Below, piece after piece: positions 20,407 through 30,897 of a DNA stretch of 64,000 bases. The stretch's first letter is position 1. Each line of letters begins with the position of its first letter. The stretch is from an uncultured virus (IMG/VR IMGVR_UViG_3300042922_000886) (lineage: Duplodnaviria; Heunggongvirae; Uroviricota; Caudoviricetes), in IMG/VR virus record IMGVR_UViG_3300042922_000886, positions 1 through 64,000 of that record; one strand, written 5' to 3'. The position numbers were made by a program, and so were the translations under genes. The notes under the pieces were generated by a model. That model saw only the letters and a program-made list of their open reading frames with translations, made no database searches and was not told where the DNA came from.

Positions 20407-21990
20407 TTACCTTCCATTATCCTCGTTGTATGTTTTGTCGTAATCAACCTTATCAGTATTTTCTCCATCACTCGGTCTACCAACTTCATCATCTGAGTTG
20501 TTAGTGTAACTAGTCTTTCTAGGCTTGAATGTCTCATCGTAACCAAGCTCTTTTTCGCGTTTTCTGCGCAACTCCTCTGTACGCACATCCAGTCCAAGAA
20601 CTTGATAAACTGTCTCTAATGATGCATTAACCTCATTGTTAAGCATTTTTGCTAGAGCCATAGCAAGTTCCGTAGATAATTTTTCTGAATCTATAACTTT
20701 TATTTTCGGGCAATATTTTGGATCAATGTTGTTACGAATTAATAACCCTCGATACCACTTCATTAGAATTGCTTCTAACTGTTCGCTAATCTTATTAATC
20801 ATTTTCATGAGTTCCTGAATCGATAATTGAGCTGATCCGAAACCACCCTTATTTGAAATTAGATAAGCAATGCCTACACTTGTCATGATATCTTCGCGAT
20901 ATTTATTTTTCACTTGTACGTTTGTCTGTTCAAGTTTTGGTTCAATGAAACTAACGCTCTCTGTCCATGGGAGTCCAGTGTAGACTGACACACCATTTGA
21001 ACTTAAAGCCGCCATAAGATCGGTGTGAGCCTTGGCTTGAGCAGAACTCCATGTAATATTCGGCATATCTTTTGACTGTGTTACCAATTCCTTGGCCAAC
21101 TTTTGAAAAATTATCTTTTTACCACGAACAAGAGTATTCTTGTCATCTGAAAGTTCAATATTCTCAAGTCGGATAACTGACTTCAAAGCTTTAAAAATAG
21201 GATTGAGTCCATATCTTCTTTTTAAATTATTTATTCGAATTAGACCGGAGTTGTCAACACTCAACTTAGCAAACTGTTCTTTGTTCATATATGCCTGTAA
21301 CACTTCAGATGGATAAGTGTCTTTAATCTCTTGCTCCATATTTTCGTAAAATAATGCCTTATTTTTTCTATTCTTTGTATAAGTTTTCCGCAATCTAGAT
21401 TCTAATTCCCTGATGTTGATCAAAAGATAAGGTTCGCCACCAACCTCGTAATCAGATACCTCTACAACGCCCAATGGATAATAATCAACTTGATAATTGG
21501 TTCCTTTTTTCTCTTTTCTAAGATAGATCGCATAGTTTCCCTCTATGTAGGCCATTGGAATACTCTCGACAATCAAGCGACGAAGGTTGATTTTCTCATT
21601 AAAGTCCACGATTAATTCATCAATTTTGTCAAATAATTCTTTCTCGTTCTCATTGTATTTAGGATGAGTTAAAGTATAGTCAGAGTTAACATTAGTCTCG
21701 ATTGCTTCAAAAACTTTGCCGAGAATGTCGTTCTTATTCACAAAATATCGAACAATATTATTTATTTGTATAATATTATTAAGATTACTCTGAGCATTAA
21801 GTGCTAGTCGATCAATGTCTTCAATTTTAAAGTTTGCTACATTATTTGATCCCTCATTGAAGTAAGTAGATCGAAAATTTGATTTGTTTGTATAATCGTA
21901 CATTGCTTGTTCAAGTATCTTTTTTTCCTCTGCATACGATGTTACCAAGAATGTTTCGTCAGTTACTTGAGATATAATCTCTTTAGACAA
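20407..21990 (-). CDS. Portal protein (YonE-like)
   Basis: 527 aa immediately downstream of the terminase. Confidence 0.75.
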   Translation of the reverse strand: MSKEIISQVTDETFLVTSYAEEKKILEQAMYDYTNKSNFRSTYFNEGSNNVANFKIEDIDRLALNAQSNLNNIIQINNIVRYFVNKNDILGKVFEAIETNVNSDYTLTHPKYNENEKELFDKIDELIVDFNEKINLRRLIVESIPMAYIEGNYAIYLRKEKKGTNYQVDYYPLGVVEVSDYEVGGEPYLLINIRELESRLRKTYTKNRKNKALFYENMEQEIKDTYPSEVLQAYMNKEQFAKLSVDNSGLIRINNLKRRYGLNPIFKALKSVIRLENIELSDDKNTLVRGKKIIFQKLAKELVTQSKDMPNITWSSAQAKAHTDLMAALSSNGVSVYTGLPWTESVSFIEPKLEQTNVQVKNKYREDIMTSVGIAYLISNKGGFGSAQLSIQELMKMINKISEQLEAILMKWYRGLLIRNNIDPKYCPKIKVIDSEKLSTELAMALAKMLNNEVNASLETVYQVLGLDVRTEELRRKREKELGYDETFKPRKTSYTNNSDDEVGRPSDGENTDKVDYDKTYNEDNGR

Positions 21991-22022
21991 GTAAAAATCA
22001 CCTCGCTTTCAATCTGTGTCAT

Positions 22023-23898
22023 CTACAATTGAATGTTCAACGTTGAAACTTGCGTAGGAATAGTACTTAAATCAACTTCATCTTTTTGTTTATTTATTAT
22101 ACTGTCTCTTCTCAATTGCTGTAGGTGCCATGCAAGCATTGCCAAGCAATAAGCTCGGTCGTCATTCATTTTGTTTTCTTTGTCAGGCGATAAAGCATAT
22201 CTGTAACCACCACTCGGATTGTCGAAACGATAAATATTTACAGTTTCTTCTTTCGCTAAGTCAATGTTCTTTAGTGCAAGTTCTTCATCAAATGAAAGTT
22301 TGTGTACTTTTTGACTTGCCTGTACAGATTTTTTTTTATTCTTTTTCTCGTCCTCATATTCGAATTCATGATTTTCGAATAAAGTTAGAAACCCCTTCAT
22401 ATCGTATTCTTCAGTAAAAGATATTAAATCTAGTCCAAGCATTTCAACAAGTGCATCGAACATTTCATTCTTGTATTTCTTAGGGTTCATTAGTCTTAAT
22501 TTATCCACTGCATTTGGAAATCTGTCGACATAATCAGAAGATTCCTTTTTATCTATCAATCCTTTATGTTGGACTCCTCTGGAGTCAGTCCAATCTTCCA
22601 TAAAATCATCTGCAATGATATGTCCGCCACCACCGGCTCCTGAATCAATTAATAGTGCAGAAATGTTTTCATAATCAGCAGCTTCTTTGCCATTGTAGTC
22701 TAATATCATTTGTTTAACGAATTTAATCTGCTCTGGGGTTCTCATAGGAGTTTTCTTTTTTTTTGCTACATCGACAAAGGATACTCCGTTACAAATTCTC
22801 ATTTTTAAGCCAACATTTTCATCATGATACAATTCACCAGTCATCGAAATTGCATTATCGTATGAACGGGCAGGATCATAGGCTATTGCAAACTTGTTTC
22901 CGGTATTATTAAATAAAACAGGAACTCTAACTTCACTATTTCTAATCAGAATAGCGCGCTTTATCGCCTGATTTTCTCCGCCTTCTGTCGAGAATTTATT
23001 ATAATATTCGCGCAAAGCCTTCTCTTTATTTTTCTTCATAGCGTCATCAATTACTTCTTGTCGTAAAAGTCCCGGATACTGTTTTCCGTTGAATGTTGCG
23101 TTAATGACTATTTCTGCATTTATATCTGCGACAAAATACTTCTTATCGCCTAGTAACATTTTTTTTGCATAGTCCTTATATAGCTTATAAAAGTATGTAT
23201 CTGTGCTGGAGGCTGATGATGCCGCGACCACCTGATTTGGAAACTCTTTAGGCAATGATGAGATATCTATGTTTCCACCAAGTTTAAAGTTGCTGTCCTG
23301 AGCTAGAAACGGCATTGATGTCTCAAACATTTCTTCAGGTGCGAAACCGGCTTCGTCATAAAAGTTTAGATTTGAACGCTTACTTCTATTATTGTCGAAG
23401 GCTCCGTTCAATGAATTCACTAATGATCCATTGTATAACCTGTACTGAAATGATGCAGGGTTATGAGTAAATCCGTCTGTATTTGCTGCACTCTTCACGG
23501 TCTCGTTGAAGAATACATCGGTCAAACCAGTAAAAGAGGCGATCTCTCTTTTTGCTATTTTTTCTATTTTTAAAAATGCTTCTTGTGCCTGAGATCCGAC
23601 TCCTGACATTATATAGGTCTGAAAATTTGGAATTAGATTGGTCTTAGCCATTATAAATGGTGCTGCAAGCGTTGTTTTACCGCTGTTCCGGGATTGGCAC
23701 CATACATTAAAAGGGGTGACCCAACTCATCATAAACACATATTTTTGATTATCGAGAAATTCAATTCCATAAAATCGTTCACAGTACTTTACTGGGACTT
23801 TTCTATCGTCCCCACTGGATTATCTTTGCCAGCTTCAAGAATCCTTCTAGTTTCCTTTGTGACATTTCTTTTTCACTTTGCTTTATAATAACGTTCAT
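22023..23898 (-). pseudogene. Terminase large subunit (YonF-like), frameshifted near 23805
   Basis: Walker A QSRNSGKTT, Walker B FYDEAG, nuclease YDPAR...DDRAY. ATG 23898 reads MNVIIKQSEKEMSQRKLEGFLKLAKIIQWGR then TAG (23803-23805); continues in the +1 frame as RKVPVKYCERFYGIEFLDNQKYVFMMSW. Confidence 0.75.
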
Positions 23899-23931
23899 GG
23901 AGTGGAATCACCCCCTTTACACAATAATTAA

Positions 23932-25056
23932 TTATTCATATTGTTTTATTTTTATTTTTAATAATCGGTTCTCTTCTTCAAGATGAGATACTTTTTCTTC
24001 AAACTTTAAGATCATATCCCTTTGTTCTTTAATCATTTCTGTATAATCATTTTCGTTAAGCATCAATTGATCCATAATACTTTTATTGCTTATATCTGCA
24101 ACCTGTCGCATTCCTTCACATGTTTCAATATCGTATATATTGATTTCTGCAGATTCAATACCCTTCTCATGCAATTGTTTGATAATACCAGATAACGTTC
24201 CTGCGCCTTTACTTTTGTTATTATTATGATTAACGGAAATTCCATTATCTTTAGCTAGAGCAAGCACAGATTTAAGCATCTTTTCTTTTGCATTAACTAA
24301 AGATGTTATGCCACCGACATTTTCTGTAACGGATTTTGTACTAGAAGTTATATGAGATAGGGCTGAATTAATTTTATCTATTTGACTGAAACTTTTTACA
24401 ATTTCAATTACTGCTGGAAGTTTAAAACTATCTTCTAATGTACTCTCATCAAGATAATCAACCAATTTATTAAATAGATGACGTCTGTCTCCTTGAGACT
24501 CGTATTCAAATGGATCATAGCCAAGCATACGCAAGACATCTTCTTCATTTTGTTTATCATTGGTAGCAACTTTAGGATGTTGCTGGTCTGAATCTTGTCT
24601 TTGTTCAGACATTTCTGTAGACTGGATTTTAACTTCAGAGAACACAATATCTTTTTCATTATTTAACTCTTTATCACTGTCTATCCATGTTAACTCCTTG
24701 TATGAAATTTGACAGTTCTTAACATAAAGTCCTATCGGATCTGACTTCTTATTTTCAGATTCCAGCAAAGTGGATTGCCATAGTGCGGAAATAAAAGGAC
24801 GATTTAACTCAAATAAAAATCTCTTAACGCTTTCCAAATCGTCAAGAGAAACATCTTCCCTTAAGCATGATTTACATACGCTGTGTCTCTGATCTGCCTG
24901 ATACCTAGAATTCGATATGTAATAATCATTTGTAGGATGCTTAAATGCTTTACAAGCGGTACATTGTTTTTTTTCTATCTCTTTCTTTTCTTGTGTTTTT
25001 AAATTTTTGCCACCCTTGAGACGTCCCAATACTATTCCAACTCCCTTTGCTCCCAA
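23932..25056 (-). CDS. YonG-like protein, putative small terminase subunit with Zn finger
   Basis: CTAC...CKSC; directly upstream of the large terminase. Confidence 0.6.
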   Translation of the reverse strand: MGAKGVGIVLGRLKGGKNLKTQEKKEIEKKQCTACKAFKHPTNDYYISNSRYQADQRHSVCKSCLREDVSLDDLESVKRFLFELNRPFISALWQSTLLESENKKSDPIGLYVKNCQISYKELTWIDSDKELNNEKDIVFSEVKIQSTEMSEQRQDSDQQHPKVATNDKQNEEDVLRMLGYDPFEYESQGDRRHLFNKLVDYLDESTLEDSFKLPAVIEIVKSFSQIDKINSALSHITSSTKSVTENVGGITSLVNAKEKMLKSVLALAKDNGISVNHNNNKSKGAGTLSGIIKQLHEKGIESAEINIYDIETCEGMRQVADISNKSIMDQLMLNENDYTEMIKEQRDMILKFEEKVSHLEEENRLLKIKIKQYE

Positions 25057-25299
25057 AGATATTTAGATAATTCGTGGAATGCTGCCAGCGGTATAGGGAG
25101 TATCACGCACAGCATATTACACACCTTCAAGCAGGACGAAACCACGAAAAAATGAAAACAAAAAGACGTACCATAAAAAAATGATACGTCCGATCTTTCC
25201 ACTTAAACATTATTGCCGAAAAACTTAAACGAAGTGAGACCCCGTTATTACAAACTCGGCAATGCGTTTTTTCCTTGCAAAAACAATGAAATTAGAATT

Positions 25300-25623
25300 T
25301 TATTCACTTCCATGTTCTTGCTGAAACATTTTAATATTGAATTCCAATTCTTTCGCACGGTCTTGCAAGTACTGAATGTCATTTTGAAGTGATACGATAC
25401 TTGATATATGAGTATAAAATTTATAAAGAACAGATTTTAATTGTTCTATATTTTTACACCTTTTAATAGTCTTCGCGTACTCCTCTATGATTTCTTCAGA
25501 ATCGAAGTCTAGTTTTGGCATCATAATCATAGTCAAATCATCTGGTTCCTCGATCATGAAAACTCCCATAGATTCGTCGTCATCATTTTCCGGTTCAGAA
25601 GCCCAGTAATCATCTTCGGTCAT
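25300..25623 (-). CDS. Acidic hypothetical protein
   Basis: ORF with GAGG RBS. Confidence 0.65.
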   Translation of the reverse strand: MTEDDYWASEPENDDDESMGVFMIEEPDDLTMIMMPKLDFDSEEIIEEYAKTIKRCKNIEQLKSVLYKFYTHISSIVSLQNDIQYLQDRAKELEFNIKMFQQEHGSE

Positions 25624-25654
25624 ATAATCCCCTCCTATTTAGAAGGGTAGAGGT

Positions 25655-26036
25655 CTACTGTTGTGCAGACTTACCGATTTCACAATCATCATTTTCATTA
25701 GTTTTATTTTTATATTTGTCAGATTCAACAGTCCGAATATATTTTGCTTCAGATTCTATACATTTCACCACGTTATCTCGTAGAATCCATAATCCCATTA
25801 AGCAATCAGTCCACTTCGTCAAAACCCTATCAATTTTATCAATATTATATTGTGCAAATCCTACTATGTTTTCGAGGGCTTCTCGACGACCCTCATCAAA
25901 AATATCGTCATAGACTTCATCAACGATTCAGCAAATTCTTCTGCTCGACGGCGCAGCAAGGACAGATATTCTCGTGTTCGCGTTCGCAATCCATTGCATT
26001 TTGAAATGCTTCATTGAAATCGATAACGTTAGCCAT
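25655..26036 (-). pseudogene. Frameshifted hypothetical gene
   Basis: MANVIDFNEAF...ICPCC stops after 38 aa; a startless frame IVDEVYDDIFDEGRREALEN... continues for about 90 codons. Confidence 0.45.
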
Positions 26037-26063
26037 TTTTATTATTCCTTTATATTTTTACTA

Positions 26064-26840
26064 TTAATCATCAATCTCTACTTCATATTTCATCATTGCA
26101 TTAAACAATTTTTCTGGAATTTGAGATCTATAGGTAATAGCGATTTCTTTTATTACTTTCTCTTTAGTTTCTTTGTATGCCAAAAACGCCTCGTATTGTG
26201 TATCAAACGTTCCCAGCACCTTGTGATAACCTAAACCATTACCACAGGACGCCTCGAATTTCTTCCTATCTTTGGTGAGACTAACACCTATAGGCAATGT
26301 TCCTCGATAGCTATCCCTTTTTGTGAAAAGTGTATTAATAAAGTGTGGAACAAAAACACAGCTTTCAGGAGAATATGTTTTATTGCCTTTCGTTAGTATA
26401 TCTTTGTCCAATGCCATTATTGTATCTTCAATTTCATAGTAATTAGCATCATACCACTCACCGAACGTTTGATAATTATGCCACTCTTCTGCCACAGTAC
26501 AATTTGAATAAGTAGGTATTTTTTTATGTAATTCTAAACTGTAGCACCTATTCAACATACTCTTCCAAGTAACATATTGTCGTGTATGGGCTCCATTATT
26601 ACTTACTTTATAGTTTCCCTCTCCTAAGTATCCATAAGTGTACACCGATGGCACATATGGATTCGAAAGAGTTCCTCTTTTAAATTGAACGTATTCAACA
26701 CCTTTAGCAAGATAACCATCTTCAAAGAGGATATCAACATCATCGAATTTCCTATAGTCAACTATTGTCATCTTCATTCCTTTAGAAGAGTACTTGGTTT
26801 CGCCAACTCTATTTTGTGCTACAATAGTTCCCAAGTTCAT
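26064..26840 (-). CDS. HNH/AP2-type homing endonuclease-like protein
   Basis: WKSMLNRCY...EEWHNYQTF...LDKDIL..GNKTYSPESCVFVP..IN and C-terminal LGTFDTQYEAFLAY (AP2-like). Confidence 0.8.
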   Translation of the reverse strand: MNLGTIVAQNRVGETKYSSKGMKMTIVDYRKFDDVDILFEDGYLAKGVEYVQFKRGTLSNPYVPSVYTYGYLGEGNYKVSNNGAHTRQYVTWKSMLNRCYSLELHKKIPTYSNCTVAEEWHNYQTFGEWYDANYYEIEDTIMALDKDILTKGNKTYSPESCVFVPHFINTLFTKRDSYRGTLPIGVSLTKDRKKFEASCGNGLGYHKVLGTFDTQYEAFLAYKETKEKVIKEIAITYRSQIPEKLFNAMMKYEVEIDD

Positions 26841-26916
26841 GTCTCCTTTTTATATTATTAAGGAGTGGTGGGAGCCTACCTCACCATGAGTTGCTCCTTG
26901 AGAACATTTTTTAGTT

Positions 26917-28194
26917 TTAATAAACTGTGTGTAAGATATCTAATAAACCCCGTTCTTTGTCGTAAACGAAAGATTGTGCCTTTTTTTGACTCCCAATAAA
27001 CCCTTGACTATAGTGCCAGGCATCGGTTCCAGTTACACTGCTTATATGACGCACAATAATTCCATTCTGCTCTTGCACCATTTGTTCGCTGTGCAAATGT
27101 CCGAGATGGAACTCTCTATAGGAGGTTCTTCCCCAAGCCTCTTTCGCGTCAACCGGCATCGCGTGAGCAATACGCTTCTTTTCGTTGTGCCCATGTGCGA
27201 ATCCTATCAGATTCTGTCCAAACTCAACATATTTCCTTGAGAGTGGACTGTTATCGATAGTTACGTTTGGGTTGCTTCTGTACCAAGCGTATAGATACTC
27301 AAGTGCATAGTAACTTATTTGTCTATCATGATTGCTCTCAATATATAAGGTATAAACTGGAGCAAATTGAGTAAGCATATCAATGCCTTCGACCAATAGT
27401 TGAACTCCGGTTTTAAACAGATCATGCCAACGCAAATCGGTTTCCATTTTTGTACCCGAGGTTGTTGATGTGGAAAGTCCTTCATGATGAAAGAAATCCT
27501 GAGAAAAAACAAAAAGTATTTTTTCAAATTTGTAATGTTTTGTTCTATTAATAACATCATTTATTACGCCCAAGAAACGCTCTTTGGCAATTCCTTGATT
27601 ATATATGTCATTCGAAGTAAATGAGTCAGCAACTTTGCCTAAATGAAGGTCAGAAATATTTATTTCTAACATTCTTCCGTCATTTGAATATATTGTTGGA
27701 ATATGCACCGGACTTTTGTAAAATTTACTCATTTCTTCAAATATTTCTTTTATATTATTGATTCCAAACTCATCTTTTCGAGGTTTGACAGTAATCTTAC
27801 TAGAATACAATTGGAGGATTCCGTCCTTTTTTGAGTAGGCATTCCAAATGTTATTCCTTGCAGAAATTAATTCCCATGCTTTTGAATCGAATCCATGTGC
27901 TAACAATAAGTAACTTGGATCTTTAGTTTGTTCTAAAGACATTTTGACTAATTTATTGCTACTCTGTGTACCATCTTTATGTATCTCATGAGATTCATTA
28001 AAGTTCTGCTCTTTGCTAATATCTTGATTATCTTTTGGCTGGTCGGTACGAATGCGATTTTTGACCCAACAGCGATAAGATTCACCATCAGGAAAGAATC
28101 CATCGCTATATTTTTGAGCGAGGTCTTGCCAACTATCGGGGATTTCTCCGTTACGTTTCTTTAGACCAATATTAAACAACTTGGAATGATTCAA
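26917..28194 (-). CDS. Metallophosphoesterase (YonJ-like)
   Basis: SDLHLG, QDFFH, SNHD, AHGH and GHLH motifs. Confidence 0.8.
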   Translation of the reverse strand: MNHSKLFNIGLKKRNGEIPDSWQDLAQKYSDGFFPDGESYRCWVKNRIRTDQPKDNQDISKEQNFNESHEIHKDGTQSSNKLVKMSLEQTKDPSYLLLAHGFDSKAWELISARNNIWNAYSKKDGILQLYSSKITVKPRKDEFGINNIKEIFEEMSKFYKSPVHIPTIYSNDGRMLEINISDLHLGKVADSFTSNDIYNQGIAKERFLGVINDVINRTKHYKFEKILFVFSQDFFHHEGLSTSTTSGTKMETDLRWHDLFKTGVQLLVEGIDMLTQFAPVYTLYIESNHDRQISYYALEYLYAWYRSNPNVTIDNSPLSRKYVEFGQNLIGFAHGHNEKKRIAHAMPVDAKEAWGRTSYREFHLGHLHSEQMVQEQNGIIVRHISSVTGTDAWHYSQGFIGSQKKAQSFVYDKERGLLDILHTVY

Positions 28195-28200
28195 TTTTAA

Positions 28201-28395
28201 TCACTCCTCAGAAGGATCAGCAGGTATTTCGGTGGTTCCGCTGAATGATATCTCCAACCCATCTAACTTCTCAAGTTCTGCTCTTAAATCGAAGACTTGC
28301 TTCCCATTTTTGTCTTCAAATGTTACAGTCATATTTTCAAAGTCAAATTTCCCAGTGCGATTAAATGATCTTGAATCATGATTTTTCTTGGCCAC
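28201..28395 (-). CDS. yonK: YonK family protein
   Basis: 64 aa MAKK...FDLRAELEKLDGLEISFS, adjacent to the YonJ-like gene. Confidence 0.65.
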   Translation of the reverse strand: MAKKNHDSRSFNRTGKFDFENMTVTFEDKNGKQVFDLRAELEKLDGLEISFSGTTEIPADPSEE

Positions 28396-28439
28396 TTTTC
28401 ACAACTCCCATATATCATCATTTTATTTAATTAAAATTA

Positions 28440-29618
28440 TTACATCCTATCAGCAATAGTCGCGATTTTGCTTCGATAAATAGTGTTAAATGTCATTTCT
28501 CCGTAGATATCGGTTCCTCGAAAAATGCTGCTCATGCGTCTTATTCCGTTATTAAATCCAGCAAAAGCATCTGAGTCTACTTGAGTCTTGTCGTCTCCAT
28601 CAACTATAATTTTGGAGCCATTTGCAACTCTTTGAAGTGTGAGCTTTAATAGGTCGACGGAGGCGTTCTGCGCTTCCGTAATCCACAAAACAGAATCGTC
28701 TCCGCTGTCATACCCCCGAATATCAACCATTGGTATTATAACGATTTTGCCAGTTGCAATCATTGCTTCAACTGTCGGTCTGTCACCAAATTTACTGATG
28801 AGAATATTGCCAATGCTGGATTGTAAAAGTTTTTCGTTCTTGTCACCTTTATAGAAACCTATGGGTTGTGCATGTTTTACAGGTACAGGATTTACTAAGC
28901 AAACTAACTTTGAGTATTTTGTACTGTCGATTAGGCTCATTGCGTAATTTAAGGCAACTAGACTCTTTCCCGATCCTGCTTTGCCTCTTAAAAGGGTCAC
29001 GTCATTTGAATGTAGGCTATCTGTAGCACACTTCTGATATATATCAAGAGGCTTGAATTTTCCAAAATGAGCTGAAGAAATTGTTTTATTAGTTACTTGA
29101 ATGTATTTACTACCATTCCACTTATAAGCGTCCACAACTTCGCCACTTCGCCGAATAATCAGGTACTGATTAAGAAGAAGATCATATCTATTAATGGTTA
29201 AATCCTCATAAAACTGAGCTAATTCTGTGTCATTCATGTTTAATTCGACATACCCACTGTAATCGTCTTCGTTATTATCAAGATCAAAACATTCGATATC
29301 TTTTGCTTTTGCTTTCAGTTGAACATTGAAATCTTCACTAATAAGAACAGCGTTGTATTTCTGAGCACAAGCAATAATTACATCGTCGTTGTTCCCATTA
29401 TGAAGGATTGAATGTTTATTATCGAATTCAAAATCGTATACAACATTGGATGTTTTTAATTTTCTAATTGCTTGTCTTGCTCGATAAGCTGTCTCAGTAA
29501 GCCCCATCTTCAATTTATCCAATTCGATCAATACGATGAACGGCAATATTTTATCACCTTCCATATCAAGAAGGTCAGATCGAAGTAATAGAGCGTTAGT
29601 GTCGAACACAAACTTCAT
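28440..29618 (-). CDS. phoH: PIN domain-PhoH family ATPase
   Basis: FDTNALL, ELDKLK, NDDVI (PIN); GKAGSGKS, IRG, EAQN, GDDKTQVD (PhoH). Confidence 0.9.
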   Translation of the reverse strand: MKFVFDTNALLLRSDLLDMEGDKILPFIVLIELDKLKMGLTETAYRARQAIRKLKTSNVVYDFEFDNKHSILHNGNNDDVIIACAQKYNAVLISEDFNVQLKAKAKDIECFDLDNNEDDYSGYVELNMNDTELAQFYEDLTINRYDLLLNQYLIIRRSGEVVDAYKWNGSKYIQVTNKTISSAHFGKFKPLDIYQKCATDSLHSNDVTLLRGKAGSGKSLVALNYAMSLIDSTKYSKLVCLVNPVPVKHAQPIGFYKGDKNEKLLQSSIGNILISKFGDRPTVEAMIATGKIVIIPMVDIRGYDSGDDSVLWITEAQNASVDLLKLTLQRVANGSKIIVDGDDKTQVDSDAFAGFNNGIRRMSSIFRGTDIYGEMTFNTIYRSKIATIADRM

Positions 29619-29654
29619 AATGTTACCCCGTTTCTAGTGTTGGGTAGAATATAT

Positions 29655-29681
29655 AAAGGAGCGATAACAATCGCTCCTTGT
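29655..29681 (-). terminator. Terminator after HU
   Basis: AAGGAGCGAT-AACA-ATCGCTCCTT hairpin. Confidence 0.6.
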
Positions 29682-29744
29682 GTTTCGGCTCCTTACCGGA
29701 GACGTATTAAATATATTATTGCACCTCTTAGCGAATGTATCGTT

Positions 29745-30017
29745 TTATTTTATCGCTTCCTTCAGTTTATTACCGGCTTTGAAAGCAGGTACAGTTGTTT
29801 CTGGGATTTCAATTTCTTCGCCTGTCTGGGGATTACGTCCTTTACGAGCAGCACGCTTACGCGGTTCGAACGATCCGAAGCCGATTAGCTGCACCTTCTC
29901 TCCATTTTGAAGTGCTTCTGTAATCTCGACTTGAAATGATTCAATTACTGTTCCAATATCTTTTTTAGCCAATTCTGTTTTTCCTGCAATATTTTTAATC
30001 AATGTTTCTTTGTTCAT
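29745..30017 (-). CDS. hup: HU histone-like DNA-binding protein (YonN-like)
   Basis: MNKETLI...GFGSFE..RAARKGRNPQTGEEIEIP...PAFKAG. Confidence 0.95.
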   Translation of the reverse strand: MNKETLIKNIAGKTELAKKDIGTVIESFQVEITEALQNGEKVQLIGFGSFEPRKRAARKGRNPQTGEEIEIPETTVPAFKAGNKLKEAIK

Positions 30018-30140
30018 ATTTTTAAATCTCCCTTTTATTTTTAGTTTTTTTGGTAAGAAAAGAGCAATCCTCTTCTTCCATATAAGCAATATTTTCATTA
30101 TTCTCGAAATCCCTTATGTATCAAGGGTTTTCAGCACTTT

Positions 30141-30890
30141 TCATTTTCCTAAATTATAATATCTTTTATTTTGTTCGTTCTTTATTATTTTAGCACATGC
30201 ATTACAGTACTTATGTACGTTCTTATTTTTTCGAAACATCCTACTACACTTCAAACACTCACCAATATTGTGACCTTTCCATCTAAGGTAATAATAAACA
30301 ATATCTCGAAAGTCAGTTATTGTGATTGCAGATTCATCTTTGTTATCGGAATAATTAACTCTAATATTTGTGCAATCAACTTTTCTTGATGTATCAACCA
30401 AGCCTAAGTTAAGCAATTCGTGAATCATTAGTTCTTGTTTATGTTTAGTTAATGCTACTTTACAATCACTAAAAACGTCTTTTACATCGCTATTTACCCA
30501 ATATGTATTGTTTTTGTTTTTAACATTATATATCTTGCTATAGACTAACAAAACGAATGCTAGTCTTTCCAATTTGTTATTATTTAGAGAGGAAATGACT
30601 TGCAATTCTCCTCTAGTTACGTGTAACTCATTTATAATTAACATATCCACTTTGTTTCTTTTTTCTTGAATTATTAATTCATCAAATTTTGGCTGCCAAT
30701 AAGTTGTATTGTAATCTTTATAACTTGTTTTCATAAACTCGCTTAAAGTCTGCTTTATCTGATCTGCATTCATCCCTTTATCTAATAGATATCTAATTAT
30801 TATTCTCAATGTACCAGATGGATACTTATCTTTTTTTCCTTTTTTTAATGCATCTTCGGCATACTTCTTTTCATTTACTACTATTTTCAG
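30141..30890 (-). CDS. Hypothetical protein with C-terminal Zn ribbon (CTG start proposed; TTG alternative at 30809)
   Basis: CLKC...YCNAC; frame open to CTG downstream of GGAGG. Confidence 0.65.
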   Translation of the reverse strand: MKIVVNEKKYAEDALKKGKKDKYPSGTLRIIIRYLLDKGMNADQIKQTLSEFMKTSYKDYNTTYWQPKFDELIIQEKRNKVDMLIINELHVTRGELQVISSLNNNKLERLAFVLLVYSKIYNVKNKNNTYWVNSDVKDVFSDCKVALTKHKQELMIHELLNLGLVDTSRKVDCTNIRVNYSDNKDESAITITDFRDIVYYYLRWKGHNIGECLKCSRMFRKNKNVHKYCNACAKIIKNEQNKRYYNLGK

Positions 30891-30897
30891 ATTTGAT

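Noticed and set aside
25125..25148. GGACGAAAC suggests a hammerhead ribozyme
   Set aside because: No CTGANGA core upstream on that strand.
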